DNA of 64,000 nt from an uncultured Actinomycetota bacterium (GTDB lineage Bacteria; Actinomycetota; Actinomycetes; JAHEKZ01): NCBI GenBank assembly GCA_963743915.1, contig CAVURN010000003.1, positions 352,001 to 416,000 on the forward strand, in the 5' to 3' direction. The position numbers were made by a program, and so were the translations under genes. The first letter of the stretch is position 1, and each line of letters opens with the position of its first letter. Below the pieces are notes generated by a model. It saw nothing but the letters and a program-made list of their open reading frames with translations. It was not told where the DNA came from and did no database searches. This document shows, piece by piece, positions 1 through 8,801 of this stretch.

Positions 1-380
1 TGGTCGGTGTCCGGGCCGAAGATGCCGTCGATCCGCCCCGGGTCGAAGCCCAGGTCGTGCAGCCGGCGCTGCAGCGCCGTGACGTCGTCTCCGTGCTGCA
101 TGTGACGCGCGCCGTACCGCAGCACGCGGTCACCGAGCGCCCAGCGCGCTCCCTCGAGTCGACGCCACGTCGACGGGCCGACGATTCCGTCGGCGATGAG
201 TCCGCGCTCCTGCTGGAAGGCACGCACCGCGCGCTCGACCTCGGCGTCGAACACCGCGTCCCACTGCGCCTCAGTGCGCTCCGCGGGCTCGTGCGTCAGC
301 AGCCCGAGCAGCGCGAGGTGGTCGCGGATCTGGGCCACCGCCGGGCCGTGGTCGTCGCGGCGGTACGTCGACAGCGTCAC
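1..380 (-). CDS. cwlM: CwlM-like N-acetylmuramoyl-L-alanine amidase, 5' part with two peptidoglycan-binding domains (runs off window)
   Basis: Not in the ORF track. Manual translation from GTG at 380 (GGAGG RBS upstream) gives MTLSTYRRDDHGPAVAQIRDHL...VRAFQQERGLIADGIVGPSTW...GDDVTALQRRLHDLGFDPGRIDGIFG, two PG_binding_1 repeats. Usual position downstream of trxA. Confidence 0.88.
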   Translation of the reverse strand, partial: MTLSTYRRDDHGPAVAQIRDHLALLGLLTHEPAERTEAQWDAVFDAEVERAVRAFQQERGLIADGIVGPSTWRRLEGARWALGDRVLRYGARHMQHGDDVTALQRRLHDLGFDPGRIDGIFGPDTD

Positions 381-505
381 AGCACCTCCGGCGAGCTCGG
401 GCCGCAGTCGCAGCTGGTCGTTGACTCGAGGGTAACCCGCGAAGCCGCGACCCTAGCGTGCCGACGCGGGCCCTGACGAGACGCCGGTCGGGTCGGCCTC
501 GGGAG

Positions 506-592
506 CGGTGATCGGAGCATCTCGGCCACGGCCCCGTGGGACAAACTACCGCAATTCGGACGTCAGCAGCGACGAAAACGCTCCGATCACCG
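506..592. repeat. REP/MITE-like palindromic element between trxA and cwlM
   Basis: Perfect 13-bp inverted repeat CGGTGATCGGAGC (506-518) / GCTCCGATCACCG (580-592). The stem extends with G-U pairs on the minus-strand transcript. Confidence 0.65.
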
Positions 593-609
593 GGAGGGGT
601 CGGGCGGGC

Positions 610-936
610 CTACAGGAAGTCGGAGAGGTCGGAGAGCAGCGACTGCTTGGGCTTGGCACCGATGATCATCTTCACGACCTCGCCGCCCTGGTACACCGCG
701 AGCGTGGGGATCGACGTCACCCCGGCCATCGCGGCCGCCTGCGGGTTCTCGTCGACGTTGAGCTTGGCGATGGTGAGCTTGTCGCCGTGCTCGGCCGCGA
801 TCTCCTCCAGGATGGGAGCCACCATGCGGCACGGTCCGCACCACTCGGCCCAGTAGTCGACGAGCACCGGCTTGTCACTGTTGATGACGTCGGCGTCGAA
901 GCTGGAGTCGGTGACGACGATGGTGGACTGGCCCAT
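610..936 (-). CDS. trxA: Thioredoxin
   Basis: WCGPC active site; ATG at 936 with AAGGAG RBS; downstream of trxB. Confidence 0.97.
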   Translation of the reverse strand: MGQSTIVVTDSSFDADVINSDKPVLVDYWAEWCGPCRMVAPILEEIAAEHGDKLTIAKLNVDENPQAAAMAGVTSIPTLAVYQGGEVVKMIIGAKPKQSLLSDLSDFL

Positions 937-979
937 GGATTCTCCTTGCGGGGTCGCGGTGCAGGCGTAGCGGTCGGGG

Positions 980-1945
980 TCAGGCAGTGGCCTCGGCGAG
1001 GTCACGCCGGGCGTCCTCGAGCGCGGCGAGGTGGCGCTCGGCGTCGAGGGCGGCCGCGCAGCCGCTGCCGGCAGCGGTGATCGCCTGGCGGTAGGTGTGG
1101 TCGACGAGGTCGCCGCAGGCGAAGACGCCCGGGACGTCGGTCAGGGTCGAGCGGCCCTGCGCGATCACGTAGCCGTCGTCGTCGAGCGCGACCTGACCCT
1201 TGACGAGCTCGCTCCGCGGGTCGTGGCCGATCGCGATGAAGAGGCCGGTGACCGCGAGGTCGCGCTCCTCGCCGGTCTGGGTGTCGCGCAGCCGGATGCC
1301 CGAGAGCTTGTCGTCGCCGAGCACGTCGACGACCTCGCTGTTCCAGGCGAAGGAGATCTTGTCGTTGGCGAAGGCGCGGTCGGCCATGATCTTGCTGGCC
1401 CGCAGCTCGTCGCGACGGTGCACGACGGTGACGGAGGCGGCGAACTTGGTGAGGAACGTGGCCTCCTCGATGGCCGAGTCCCCACCGCCGACCACGGCGA
1501 TGTGCTGGTCGCGGAAGAAGAAGCCGTCACAGGTGGCGCACCACGAGACGCCGCGCCCGGAGAGTCGCTTCTCGTTGTCGAGGCCGAGCTCACGGTAGCC
1601 CGAGCCCATGGCCAGGATGACCGCGCGGGCCTGGTGCGTGGCACCGGAGCCGAGCGTCACCGTCTTGACGTCTCCGGTCAGCTCGACCGCGACGACGTCG
1701 TCGGTGATGATCTCGGTGCCGAACCGCAGCGCCTGGTTGCGCATCTGCTCCATCAGCTCCGGCCCCATGATGCCGTCGGCGAAACCGGGGAAGTTCTCGA
1801 CCTCGGTGGTGGTCATCAGGGCACCACCCGCGGTCACCGACCCCTCGACCATGAGCGGTCGGAGGTTGGCGCGGGCGGTGTACACCGCAGCGGTGAAGCC
1901 GGCGGGGCCGGATCCGATGATGATGACGTCGCGGATCTCGCTCAC
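980..1945 (-). CDS. trxB: Thioredoxin-disulfide reductase
   Basis: [11 protein letters not shown] motif, CATCDG active site, GGGDSA NADPH motif, HRRDELRA. Confidence 0.98.
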   Translation of the reverse strand: MSEIRDVIIIGSGPAGFTAAVYTARANLRPLMVEGSVTAGGALMTTTEVENFPGFADGIMGPELMEQMRNQALRFGTEIITDDVVAVELTGDVKTVTLGSGATHQARAVILAMGSGYRELGLDNEKRLSGRGVSWCATCDGFFFRDQHIAVVGGGDSAIEEATFLTKFAASVTVVHRRDELRASKIMADRAFANDKISFAWNSEVVDVLGDDKLSGIRLRDTQTGEERDLAVTGLFIAIGHDPRSELVKGQVALDDDGYVIAQGRSTLTDVPGVFACGDLVDHTYRQAITAAGSGCAAALDAERHLAALEDARRDLAEATA

Positions 1946-2003
1946 CGCAGGGCGCTCCTCGGGCTGGACGGAAAGGCGCGGGGCTCGGACGAGCCCTACT
2001 GCA

Positions 2004-2031
2004 CAACCGATTCTAGGGTGGGCGGCATTCC
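2004..2031 (-). promoter_or_regulatory. SigR/SigH-type (disulfide stress) promoter of trxBA
   Basis: Minus strand GGAAT-N19-GTTG upstream of trxB; trxBA is a canonical SigR/SigH target in actinobacteria. Confidence 0.75.
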
Positions 2032-2065
2032 CACCGGTCGGCGCCGGGCCGGGGCCGACCCCCGC

Positions 2066-3001
2066 TCAGCGGGTGATCGTGGCGAAGTAGAAGAGCGGGT
2101 CCGCCGGACCGGTGCAGTCGGGGTCGATCACCCAGACGTCGGCGGCGGTCGGGTCGACCTCGTTGGGCAGCACGATGACCGCTGCCGGCTTGCCGTCCCA
2201 GGTTCCGATGTCGATGGCCAGCGGCATGATGCCCGGGGCATCGAGGTAGCTCTCCAGACACGCCTGGGCGGCTGCCGGACCTGCCGTCAGCTTGAGCAGG
2301 ACGTTGGCCGACGCACTGTCGAGCGGGGTGCCCGACGGCGTCGCGGGCGGGGTGCCGGAGGGTGTCGCCGTGTCCTCGGGGCTGGGCTGGGTGCTCGTCT
2401 CCGGGGGAAGCGTGGCGGTGGCGGTGAAGGCTGACCGACTGGCGACCAGGCTGGTCGCCTGGCGTTCCAGGGCCTCGGGCTGGTAGTCGGTGCCGGTGCG
2501 GCTGGCCACGTAGGCGACCGGGGGGATCGACGCGCTCTCGGCCGGTGCACCGCGATCGGCGGCCGTGACGCTGCCGTCGCCACCGGAGAGGTCGCTGGAG
2601 CTCGAGCTGTTCAGGATCGGCACCACGATCGCGCCGATGAGGGCCACGCCTGCGGCTCCCGCCACCAGACCCATGCCGGGACGCCACGAACGTCGACGAC
2701 GAACCTCGCCGATGGGTACAACTGTGGCTGCCCCTTCGGGAGTGAGGACGGGCTCGGCGGCGACCGCTGCACTCAGACGCTCCCAGACAGCGTCGGGCAT
2801 GGTGACCGGTGGCAGCTCGGCCAGGGTCGCCGTGACCGTGGCCAGGTCGTCGCGCAGCTCCCCACAGGGGCGACAGTGCGTCAGGTGCTGCAGGGCGTGC
2901 GCCGTGGACTCGGCGTCGAGCAGGCCGAGGTCGAGGTCCGCGAGCACCTCGGCGGTGAGGTGCTCGGAGTCGGGGTGCACCGGGTCGTGGTGCTGACTCA
3001 T
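2066..3001 (-). CDS. Membrane-anchored zinc-binding anti-sigma factor (RsmA-like) for SigM
   Basis: HLTHCRPC (HxxxCxxC) ZAS motif, one TM helix, extracellular Pro/Thr linker; overlaps the sigM stop (ATGA). Confidence 0.88.
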   Translation of the reverse strand: MSQHHDPVHPDSEHLTAEVLADLDLGLLDAESTAHALQHLTHCRPCGELRDDLATVTATLAELPPVTMPDAVWERLSAAVAAEPVLTPEGAATVVPIGEVRRRRSWRPGMGLVAGAAGVALIGAIVVPILNSSSSSDLSGGDGSVTAADRGAPAESASIPPVAYVASRTGTDYQPEALERQATSLVASRSAFTATATLPPETSTQPSPEDTATPSGTPPATPSGTPLDSASANVLLKLTAGPAAAQACLESYLDAPGIMPLAIDIGTWDGKPAAVIVLPNEVDPTAADVWVIDPDCTGPADPLFYFATITR

Positions 3002-3615
3002 GGCTGCGCTCCGTCGGAAGGTGTTGGGGGTGGACCTGAAGGTGGGACGTCCGAGGCGTCGTCGTGGTTCCGCAGGTGGGCCAGCAGGGGTACGAGCTTG
3101 GCGCGCCCACGCGCGCAGCGGCTCTTGACGGTGCCGGACGGGATGCCGAGCATCTCGGCGACCTCGTCGACCGGGTAGCCCTCGACGTCGACGAGGACGA
3201 GGACGGCCCGCTGCTCCTCGGGAAGCGTGCGCAGCGCGCGATCGATCTCCCAGGCGAGCTCGCGGCGTCCGAGCGGGTCGCTCGGCTCGACCGGGTGTGC
3301 GCTGTCGTGCTCGGGGAGTGGGACGGTGGGTCGGGCCTTGGACCGGCGCATGCGATCGAGGCAGGCGTTGACCACGATCCGGTGCAGCCAGGTGGTCACC
3401 TGCGCGTCGCCGCGGTAGGTCGCCGCCGCGCGGTGCGCCGAGAGCAGCGCGTCCTGCAGGGCATCGGCGGCTTCCTCGGGATCGCCGATCGTGCGGAGTG
3501 CCACGGCCCAGAGCCGGTCGCGGTGCCGCCGCACCACCGTGGCGAACGCGGTCGGGTCGCCCGCCACGTGCGCCGCCAGGAGGTCGGCGTCCGAGCGCGG
3601 GTCGTCCAGGGTCAC
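2998..3615 (-). CDS. sigM: ECF RNA polymerase sigma factor SigM
   Basis: SDADLLAAHVAGD, RHRDRLWAVA, TWLHRIVVNACLD, GTVKSRCARGRAKL; start taken at GTG 3615; conserved synteny. Confidence 0.94.
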   Translation of the reverse strand: MTLDDPRSDADLLAAHVAGDPTAFATVVRRHRDRLWAVALRTIGDPEEAADALQDALLSAHRAAATYRGDAQVTTWLHRIVVNACLDRMRRSKARPTVPLPEHDSAHPVEPSDPLGRRELAWEIDRALRTLPEEQRAVLVLVDVEGYPVDEVAEMLGIPSGTVKSRCARGRAKLVPLLAHLRNHDDASDVPPSGPPPTPSDGAQP

Positions 3616-3668
3616 GGCCGAAGCGTATTCACTTCTCTCCCGCCGGTGATCATCCGCCGTGCCGAGGG

Positions 3669-5069
3669 CTAGGAGAAGAGCGTGGCCTCGACCACACCAC
3701 CCTGGAAGCCGCCGCCGGACGCGGGCAGCGCGGTGAACCAGATCAGGACCTGGTCGGAGGTCACCGCCGGAGAGAACCGCAGGGTCACGAGGTCGCTGGC
3801 ACCACGGACCACGGCGAGCCGGCGATAGCCCTCGAGGGGGTCGTCCGGGTCCGGACGCCGGGGAGGTGCGCCCTGCGGGTCGGTCTCGGTGCGGGCCGCC
3901 CAGATCTGCAGGTCGCTGCCGCGTCCGGCGAGCCGGAGCTCGATGCCGGAGATGGGGGCTGCCTCGGCCACCTTCAGCTGGAGACCGACACCCGGCTTGA
4001 GCCCGCCGAGATTGCGGCTGGCGTAGGTGACGGTGGTCCACGCGGTCGCGAGGTCGCCGTCGATGGCCAGCCCTGCGTCGGAGTCGTTCTCCTCCCCGTC
4101 CCCGGAGGGGTCGAACGCGGTGGCGGTCCTGATCGGGAGGGGTTGGGCCTGGGCAGGGGTGGCCGGGTTCGTCGTCGTCGGCGAGGGGCTGGTCCGTGGC
4201 TGGGGCTCGTCACGTTCGGCGTCCTGCCAGATCTGCCAGGCGATCAGCACCGCGCCGGTGCTGAACAGCGCCAGGACGAGCACCAGGCCGAGCCACCGCC
4301 ACAGCAGTCCGGTGGGCTGGTGCGGTTCCTCCTGGACCTCGGCGACGGGTGGTTCGGACAACGCGTCGGCGACGGCGCGGGGTGACTCCAGGGGGTCCTC
4401 GACGTCCGGGTGGAGTGCGCGCCACACGATGGCGTCGACGTCGTCGGGGACCCCGGCGCGGACCTGCCGGGGGCGGGCGACCCGGCCCCCGACCACCGGC
4501 GCGCCGGGCAGTCCGGCGCACGGATACCCCGGCCAGCGGGCGGTGAGTGCCGCGTACAGCAGCGCACCGAGCCGCCAGGCGTCGACCCCTTCGGCGTCCT
4601 CATCCGCCTGCACCCCTTCCAGGGCAGCGCGGACACCGACGCCGACGACGACCACGCCGTGGTCGGTGAGCAGCACGTCCCTCGGATCGAGCACGAGGTG
4701 GTGGACGTCCTCGGCCGCCGCCGCGGCCAACGCCTCGGCGACCGCGGCCACCACCGCCCGCGCCTGGTCGGGGGCCAGCGGGCCGGACGCCAGCTGATCG
4801 CTCAGCGGGGCACCGGCGAGCCAGCGGGTCACCACGAAGACTCGACCGGCGTCCTCAGCGGTGTCGATCACGCGGAGCAGTCCCGGGTGCTCCACCGCAG
4901 AGGCGCGGCGAGCAGCCTGACGGACGGCGTCCGCATGCGGGTGCCCAGGATCGAGCAGCAGCACGCCCACCGGACGGTCGAGCACGGCGTCGCGTCCGCG
5001 CCAGAGCGTGCGCCCACGGCCACGGGCGACCTCGCTCTCGAGGTCGTACCTTCCGGCCAGCCGCTCCAT
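3669..5069 (-). CDS. Membrane pseudokinase (homologous to the MviN kinase-homology domain) with extracellular C-terminal domain
   Basis: LAGRYDL...RGRDAVLDRPV kinase N-lobe, YAALTARWP and RPRQVRAGVP. VAIK, HRD and DFG motifs are absent. TM helix, then AIDGD..TAWTT..Y..GGLKPGVGL. Confidence 0.85.
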   Translation of the reverse strand: MERLAGRYDLESEVARGRGRTLWRGRDAVLDRPVGVLLLDPGHPHADAVRQAARRASAVEHPGLLRVIDTAEDAGRVFVVTRWLAGAPLSDQLASGPLAPDQARAVVAAVAEALAAAAAEDVHHLVLDPRDVLLTDHGVVVVGVGVRAALEGVQADEDAEGVDAWRLGALLYAALTARWPGYPCAGLPGAPVVGGRVARPRQVRAGVPDDVDAIVWRALHPDVEDPLESPRAVADALSEPPVAEVQEEPHQPTGLLWRWLGLVLVLALFSTGAVLIAWQIWQDAERDEPQPRTSPSPTTTNPATPAQAQPLPIRTATAFDPSGDGEENDSDAGLAIDGDLATAWTTVTYASRNLGGLKPGVGLQLKVAEAAPISGIELRLAGRGSDLQIWAARTETDPQGAPPRRPDPDDPLEGYRRLAVVRGASDLVTLRFSPAVTSDQVLIWFTALPASGGGFQGGVVEATLFS

Positions 5070-5189
5070 CGGAGGTGACGCTACTGCGTCCCGCCGTGAA
5101 CGACGCCTTCACCCGCGGCGGAGCAACTGCTCAAGGGTCCTGTCCTGCCGCGAGCATGCGCCATGTGACGGACGGCGCGTGCGGAACGT

Positions 5190-5513
5190 GTGACACTGGC
5201 GCGCGTGAAGCCCGCCTTCCGTGTCGCGCTGACGGGTGCAGTCATCGGCTCCGCGTTGTTTGTCGGTGGTTCGTGGGTGTTGCGCGAGACCCATTTCCTG
5301 CTCCGGGACGACTACCTGGCTGGCCGCGAGATCGGGCAGAACCACGAGCCGTACTCCAAGCCGCACATGTGGGCCCTTTGTCGGCAGCAGATGGACAGTC
5401 GGTACGGGGCTTCCTACTCCGATGCCAGGGCGGCTTTCGAGCTGGGTTGCCACGACGTCATCAACGGAATCGAGAAGGACTTCGGGCGGCTGGACAGCTA
5501 CCTCCCGGACTGA
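5190..5513 (+). CDS. Small hypothetical protein with N-terminal TM/signal segment
   Basis: 107-aa ORF with hydrophobic N-terminus and a Cys pair; fills the gap between two minus-strand genes. Confidence 0.55.
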   Translation: MTLARVKPAFRVALTGAVIGSALFVGGSWVLRETHFLLRDDYLAGREIGQNHEPYSKPHMWALCRQQMDSRYGASYSDARAAFELGCHDVINGIEKDFGRLDSYLPD

Positions 5514-5549
5514 GTCGCCCTGGTGGCCTCGCCTCCGGACGCGTCGTTC

Positions 5550-6650
5550 TCACAGGCCGGGACGCCCGACGCCGTACAGGCCGTCGTAGTACACCGGTAC
5601 GACGCGCACCACGTCGCCGGTGCGCGGGGCGTGCACCATCTGTCCGTTGCCGATGTACATCGCGATGTGGTGGATGGTGTCCGGGTCGGAGGTGTCGTAC
5701 GCGTAGACCAGCAGGTCGCCCGGCTGCATGGACCCGACCGGCACCGGCGTGCTCGCGAAGTACTGGTCACTGGCCAGTCGTGGGAGGACCAGACCTGCCT
5801 GCATGTAGGACCACTGCACCAGGCCGCTGCAGTCGAACGTGGTGGGTCCTTCGGCGCCCCAGACATACGGTGACCCGAGCACGCTCAGGGCGGTGGCCAC
5901 GGCCTCGGTGGCGTAGGGGGTCGGCCCGCTCGGAAGCGGGCCTGTCCACGGCGTCGCTGCCGCCGCCGCTGCGGCCGCTCTGCGAGCCTCCCGTTGCTCG
6001 AGAAGTCGGGTGAGCCTGGCCACCTCGTCGTCAGCCTGGCGCAGCAGGGCTCGCTGGGCACGGAGCAGACGTTGCGCGCGTTCGGCGAGCTCGCGTGCCT
6101 CGATGGTCAGCCGGGCCCGCTCGTCGGAGATACGGTCGAGGCGGCTGTGCACCTGCTCCATGAGCTGCTGCGCCTGCTCGGCATCGTCGACCCGCACGAT
6201 GTCGGTCGTCAGCACTGCGTTCAGGGCCGCCATGTTGCTGGTGACGTCGGTGATCTCCGAGGCGTCGAGCGCCTGGCTGTAGAGGGCTACGGCGCCCCCC
6301 GACTGCTCGATCGCGCGCACCCGGTGGGCCAGGTCGATGTCGGCCTGCGTCGACGCCCCTTGGAGGCCGGCCAGCTGCTGGTCGGCCTCGATGGCGCTGA
6401 CGGTGGTGCGGGCGAGCTCGCCGCGCGCCTGCGCCAGTCGCTCCTGGGTCCATTCCGCACGCGCCCGGAGTCCCTCGAGCTCGGTGCGCAGCGCCGCGGC
6501 TCGCGCCTCGAGCGTGTCGAGGTCGGGGGTGGACCGCGGCAGTGCGACGACGGGTGGCGGCGACGCTGTCGCCGACGGAGTCCATACCGGAGCGACCACC
6601 AGGACGAGGGCGATCAGCACGCCGGTGCGGGCGAGGGTGCGGGCGGTCAC
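5550..6650 (-). CDS. Secreted coiled-coil NlpC/P60 (C40) peptidoglycan endopeptidase
   Basis: Signal peptide, long coiled coil, PYVWGAEGPTTFDCSGL and HHIAMY...MVHA catalytic Cys/His. Confidence 0.93.
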   Translation of the reverse strand: MTARTLARTGVLIALVLVVAPVWTPSATASPPPVVALPRSTPDLDTLEARAAALRTELEGLRARAEWTQERLAQARGELARTTVSAIEADQQLAGLQGASTQADIDLAHRVRAIEQSGGAVALYSQALDASEITDVTSNMAALNAVLTTDIVRVDDAEQAQQLMEQVHSRLDRISDERARLTIEARELAERAQRLLRAQRALLRQADDEVARLTRLLEQREARRAAAAAAAATPWTGPLPSGPTPYATEAVATALSVLGSPYVWGAEGPTTFDCSGLVQWSYMQAGLVLPRLASDQYFASTPVPVGSMQPGDLLVYAYDTSDPDTIHHIAMYIGNGQMVHAPRTGDVVRVVPVYYDGLYGVGRPGL

Positions 6651-6686
6651 AGCGTCACGCTCGGGATCACGGTCACTGCGTCACGG

Positions 6687-7103
6687 TCACGGGGAGGAGC
6701 TGCCCGTGACGATCGGCTCCTCGTAGATCTTCGTCCGGACCTCGGCGTACTTCGCGGTCCGGTCCCAGCGGAAGAGCAGCAGGGTCGGTGCCGTCTTCTT
6801 GACCTCGAACGTCACCGACTCGGGGGTGATCTCGAAGGTCTTCCGGATCAGCTCCGCGCCTTGAGAGGTGACGTACTGGTCGGCGGCGAGGTACGCGGCG
6901 TTCGGGTCGTGGGTGTCGGCGTACACCGTGAGGGCCTTGTCGCCCGCCGTCGCCCCGGCGTCGGCGATGCCCACCTGGGTGACGGCGATCGAGAGCACCT
7001 CGAAGCCGATCAGCCCGATGATGGCGAGCGTCAGGGTGATGCGACCGAGCCAGCCGAACACGATGCTGCCGGTGTCGTCACCGCGGGCCGGGACAGAGGT
7101 CAT
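6687..7103 (-). CDS. Tad/Flp-type (pseudo)pilin-like protein
   Basis: Short charged leader MTSVPARGDDTG|S followed by a ~25-aa hydrophobic helix, resembling a class III signal peptide; no Glu at +5. Confidence 0.55.
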   Translation of the reverse strand: MTSVPARGDDTGSIVFGWLGRITLTLAIIGLIGFEVLSIAVTQVGIADAGATAGDKALTVYADTHDPNAAYLAADQYVTSQGAELIRKTFEITPESVTFEVKKTAPTLLLFRWDRTAKYAEVRTKIYEEPIVTGSSSP

Positions 7104-7111
7104 GGCGTTGA

Positions 7112-7138
7112 ATCGGCAGTTGACTAGCCCATCTTGAG
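7112..7138 (-). promoter_or_regulatory. Sigma28/FliA(WhiG)-type promoter
   Basis: Minus strand CTCA-N17-GCCGAT ending 8 nt before the ATG at 7103. Confidence 0.65.
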
Positions 7139-7169
7139 CAGCCCAACCGGGGATCCGGCGACGCCGCCG

Positions 7170-8801
7170 CTAGGTGCGGCGTCGGCCCGCAACCAGCCGG
7201 ATCACGTCGCTGACCTCGGTGATCCGGAACAGCCGGACACCCACCAGGTAGCCGACGGCGCCGAACCCGAGGCCGGTGAGGACGATCACCAGGCTGGTGG
7301 TGAAGTCGACGGCGCGCCCCACGAACAGCTCGGCCGTCATCACGCCGGCGACCATGCAGGCGGCGGCCAGCAGTGACGCCAGCACCACCCGGACGTGCGT
7401 ACGCACGACGAGGTAGCCGTCCAGCCCGTCCAGGCGGCGCCGCAGCTGTTGCGCGAGCGACGCCAGCCCCACCCAGTAGGCGAGTGCGTAGGCGAGACCC
7501 AGGGCCGGGATGGCGTACTCGGTTGGCACCCAGGCGACGGCGAGGACGGCGAGCACCACGTTGACCCCGTTGAGCACCATGGCGTTGAAGGTGGGAGTCC
7601 GCGTGTCCTCGAGCGCGTAGAACGCCCGCATCAGGACGTAGTACGCGCTGAACGCCGGTAGGCCGACGGCGAAGCCGCTGAGGGTGAGACCGAGCAGCCG
7701 GGCGGACTCCAGGCTCAGCGTCCCGTAGCGGAAGAGCAGCACCGCGATCGGCACCCCGAGCACGATGAAGGCGGCCGCAGCGGGGACCATCAGCGACCCC
7801 GAGGTCCGAAGGGTCCACCCGATCCGCTCTCGCACGACGTCGACCTGGTCGGCAGCCGCGTACTTGGAGAGCCGGGGAAGAAGTGCGGTGACGAGCGAGA
7901 CCGTGATCACCGACTGCGGAAGCATGAACAGGACGAACGCCATCTGGTAGATGGCGACACCCGCGTCCGCGTCACTCGAGACGTTGACCCCGGTCGCCAG
8001 CCGGATCACCACCAAGGTGCCGAGCTGGTTCACCAGCACGAGCAGGATCGCCCATCGAGCGAGCGACCACGCGGTGCCGAGTCCCTGACCACGCAGGTCG
8101 GTGCGCAGCCGCAGACGGACCCCGCACCGTCGGAGCGACGGCCAGAGCGCCAGGCTTTGCGCGATGGCTCCCAGCGTGGTCCCGACGCCCAGCAGCAGGA
8201 TCTCGGTGTCGGTCACGGTGCGGGTGGTGGTGCCGGTGCCCGCGACCGCGAGGAAGGCCAGGGCGCTCGCGATGACGACGATGTTGTTCGTCACCGGCGC
8301 GAACATCGGGGCGCCGAACCGCCCGCGGGTGTTGAGCACCTGCGAGACCAGCGCGAAGACGCCGTAGAAGAAGATCTGGGGCAGCATCAGCCGGGCGAAG
8401 GCCGTGCCGACCTCGAGGTCACGCGACGTCCATCCGCTCGAGTACAGCTGCACCAGCCACGGTGCGGCGATGACCGCGATGACGGTGATGACTGCCAGCA
8501 CGAGCACGACGGCGCTGAAGAGCCTTTGCGCGTAGGCCGTCCCCTGGTCGGCGTCGGCGTCCATGTGTCGGACGAGCTGGGGGATGAACACCGCGTTGAT
8601 CGCGCCACCGACCAGGAGCACGTACACGATCGTGGGCAGGGTGTTGGCGACCGAGTACGTGTCGGCGAAGACCCCACCGCCGACCGCAGCGAGCAGGGCG
8701 GAGTTCTTGAGCAACCCGGTCACTCGCGAGGTGATGGTGCCCGCGGCCATCACCGAGCTCGACCTCAGCATCGAGCGGTTGTCACCGGCGAGGTCGGTCA
8801 C
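7170..8801 (-). CDS. murJ: Lipid II flippase MurJ (MviN)
   Basis: SSSVMAAGTITSRVTG, ANTLPTIVYVLLVGG, LPQIFFYG, RAFYALEDTRTP; GTG start overlaps the upstream stop. Confidence 0.95.
   Translation of the reverse strand: MTDLAGDNRSMLRSSSVMAAGTITSRVTGLLKNSALLAAVGGGVFADTYSVANTLPTIVYVLLVGGAINAVFIPQLVRHMDADADQGTAYAQRLFSAVVLVLAVITVIAVIAAPWLVQLYSSGWTSRDLEVGTAFARLMLPQIFFYGVFALVSQVLNTRGRFGAPMFAPVTNNIVVIASALAFLAVAGTGTTTRTVTDTEILLLGVGTTLGAIAQSLALWPSLRRCGVRLRLRTDLRGQGLGTAWSLARWAILLVLVNQLGTLVVIRLATGVNVSSDADAGVAIYQMAFVLFMLPQSVITVSLVTALLPRLSKYAAADQVDVVRERIGWTLRTSGSLMVPAAAAFIVLGVPIAVLLFRYGTLSLESARLLGLTLSGFAVGLPAFSAYYVLMRAFYALEDTRTPTFNAMVLNGVNVVLAVLAVAWVPTEYAIPALGLAYALAYWVGLASLAQQLRRRLDGLDGYLVVRTHVRVVLASLLAAACMVAGVMTAELFVGRAVDFTTSLVIVLTGLGFGAVGYLVGVRLFRITEVSDVIRLVAGRRRT

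Noticed and set aside
5130-5152. Fourth sigma28 promoter upstream of the 5190 ORF
   Set aside because: CTCA is followed by GCCGCG at a 13-nt spacing; both spacing and -10 are off.
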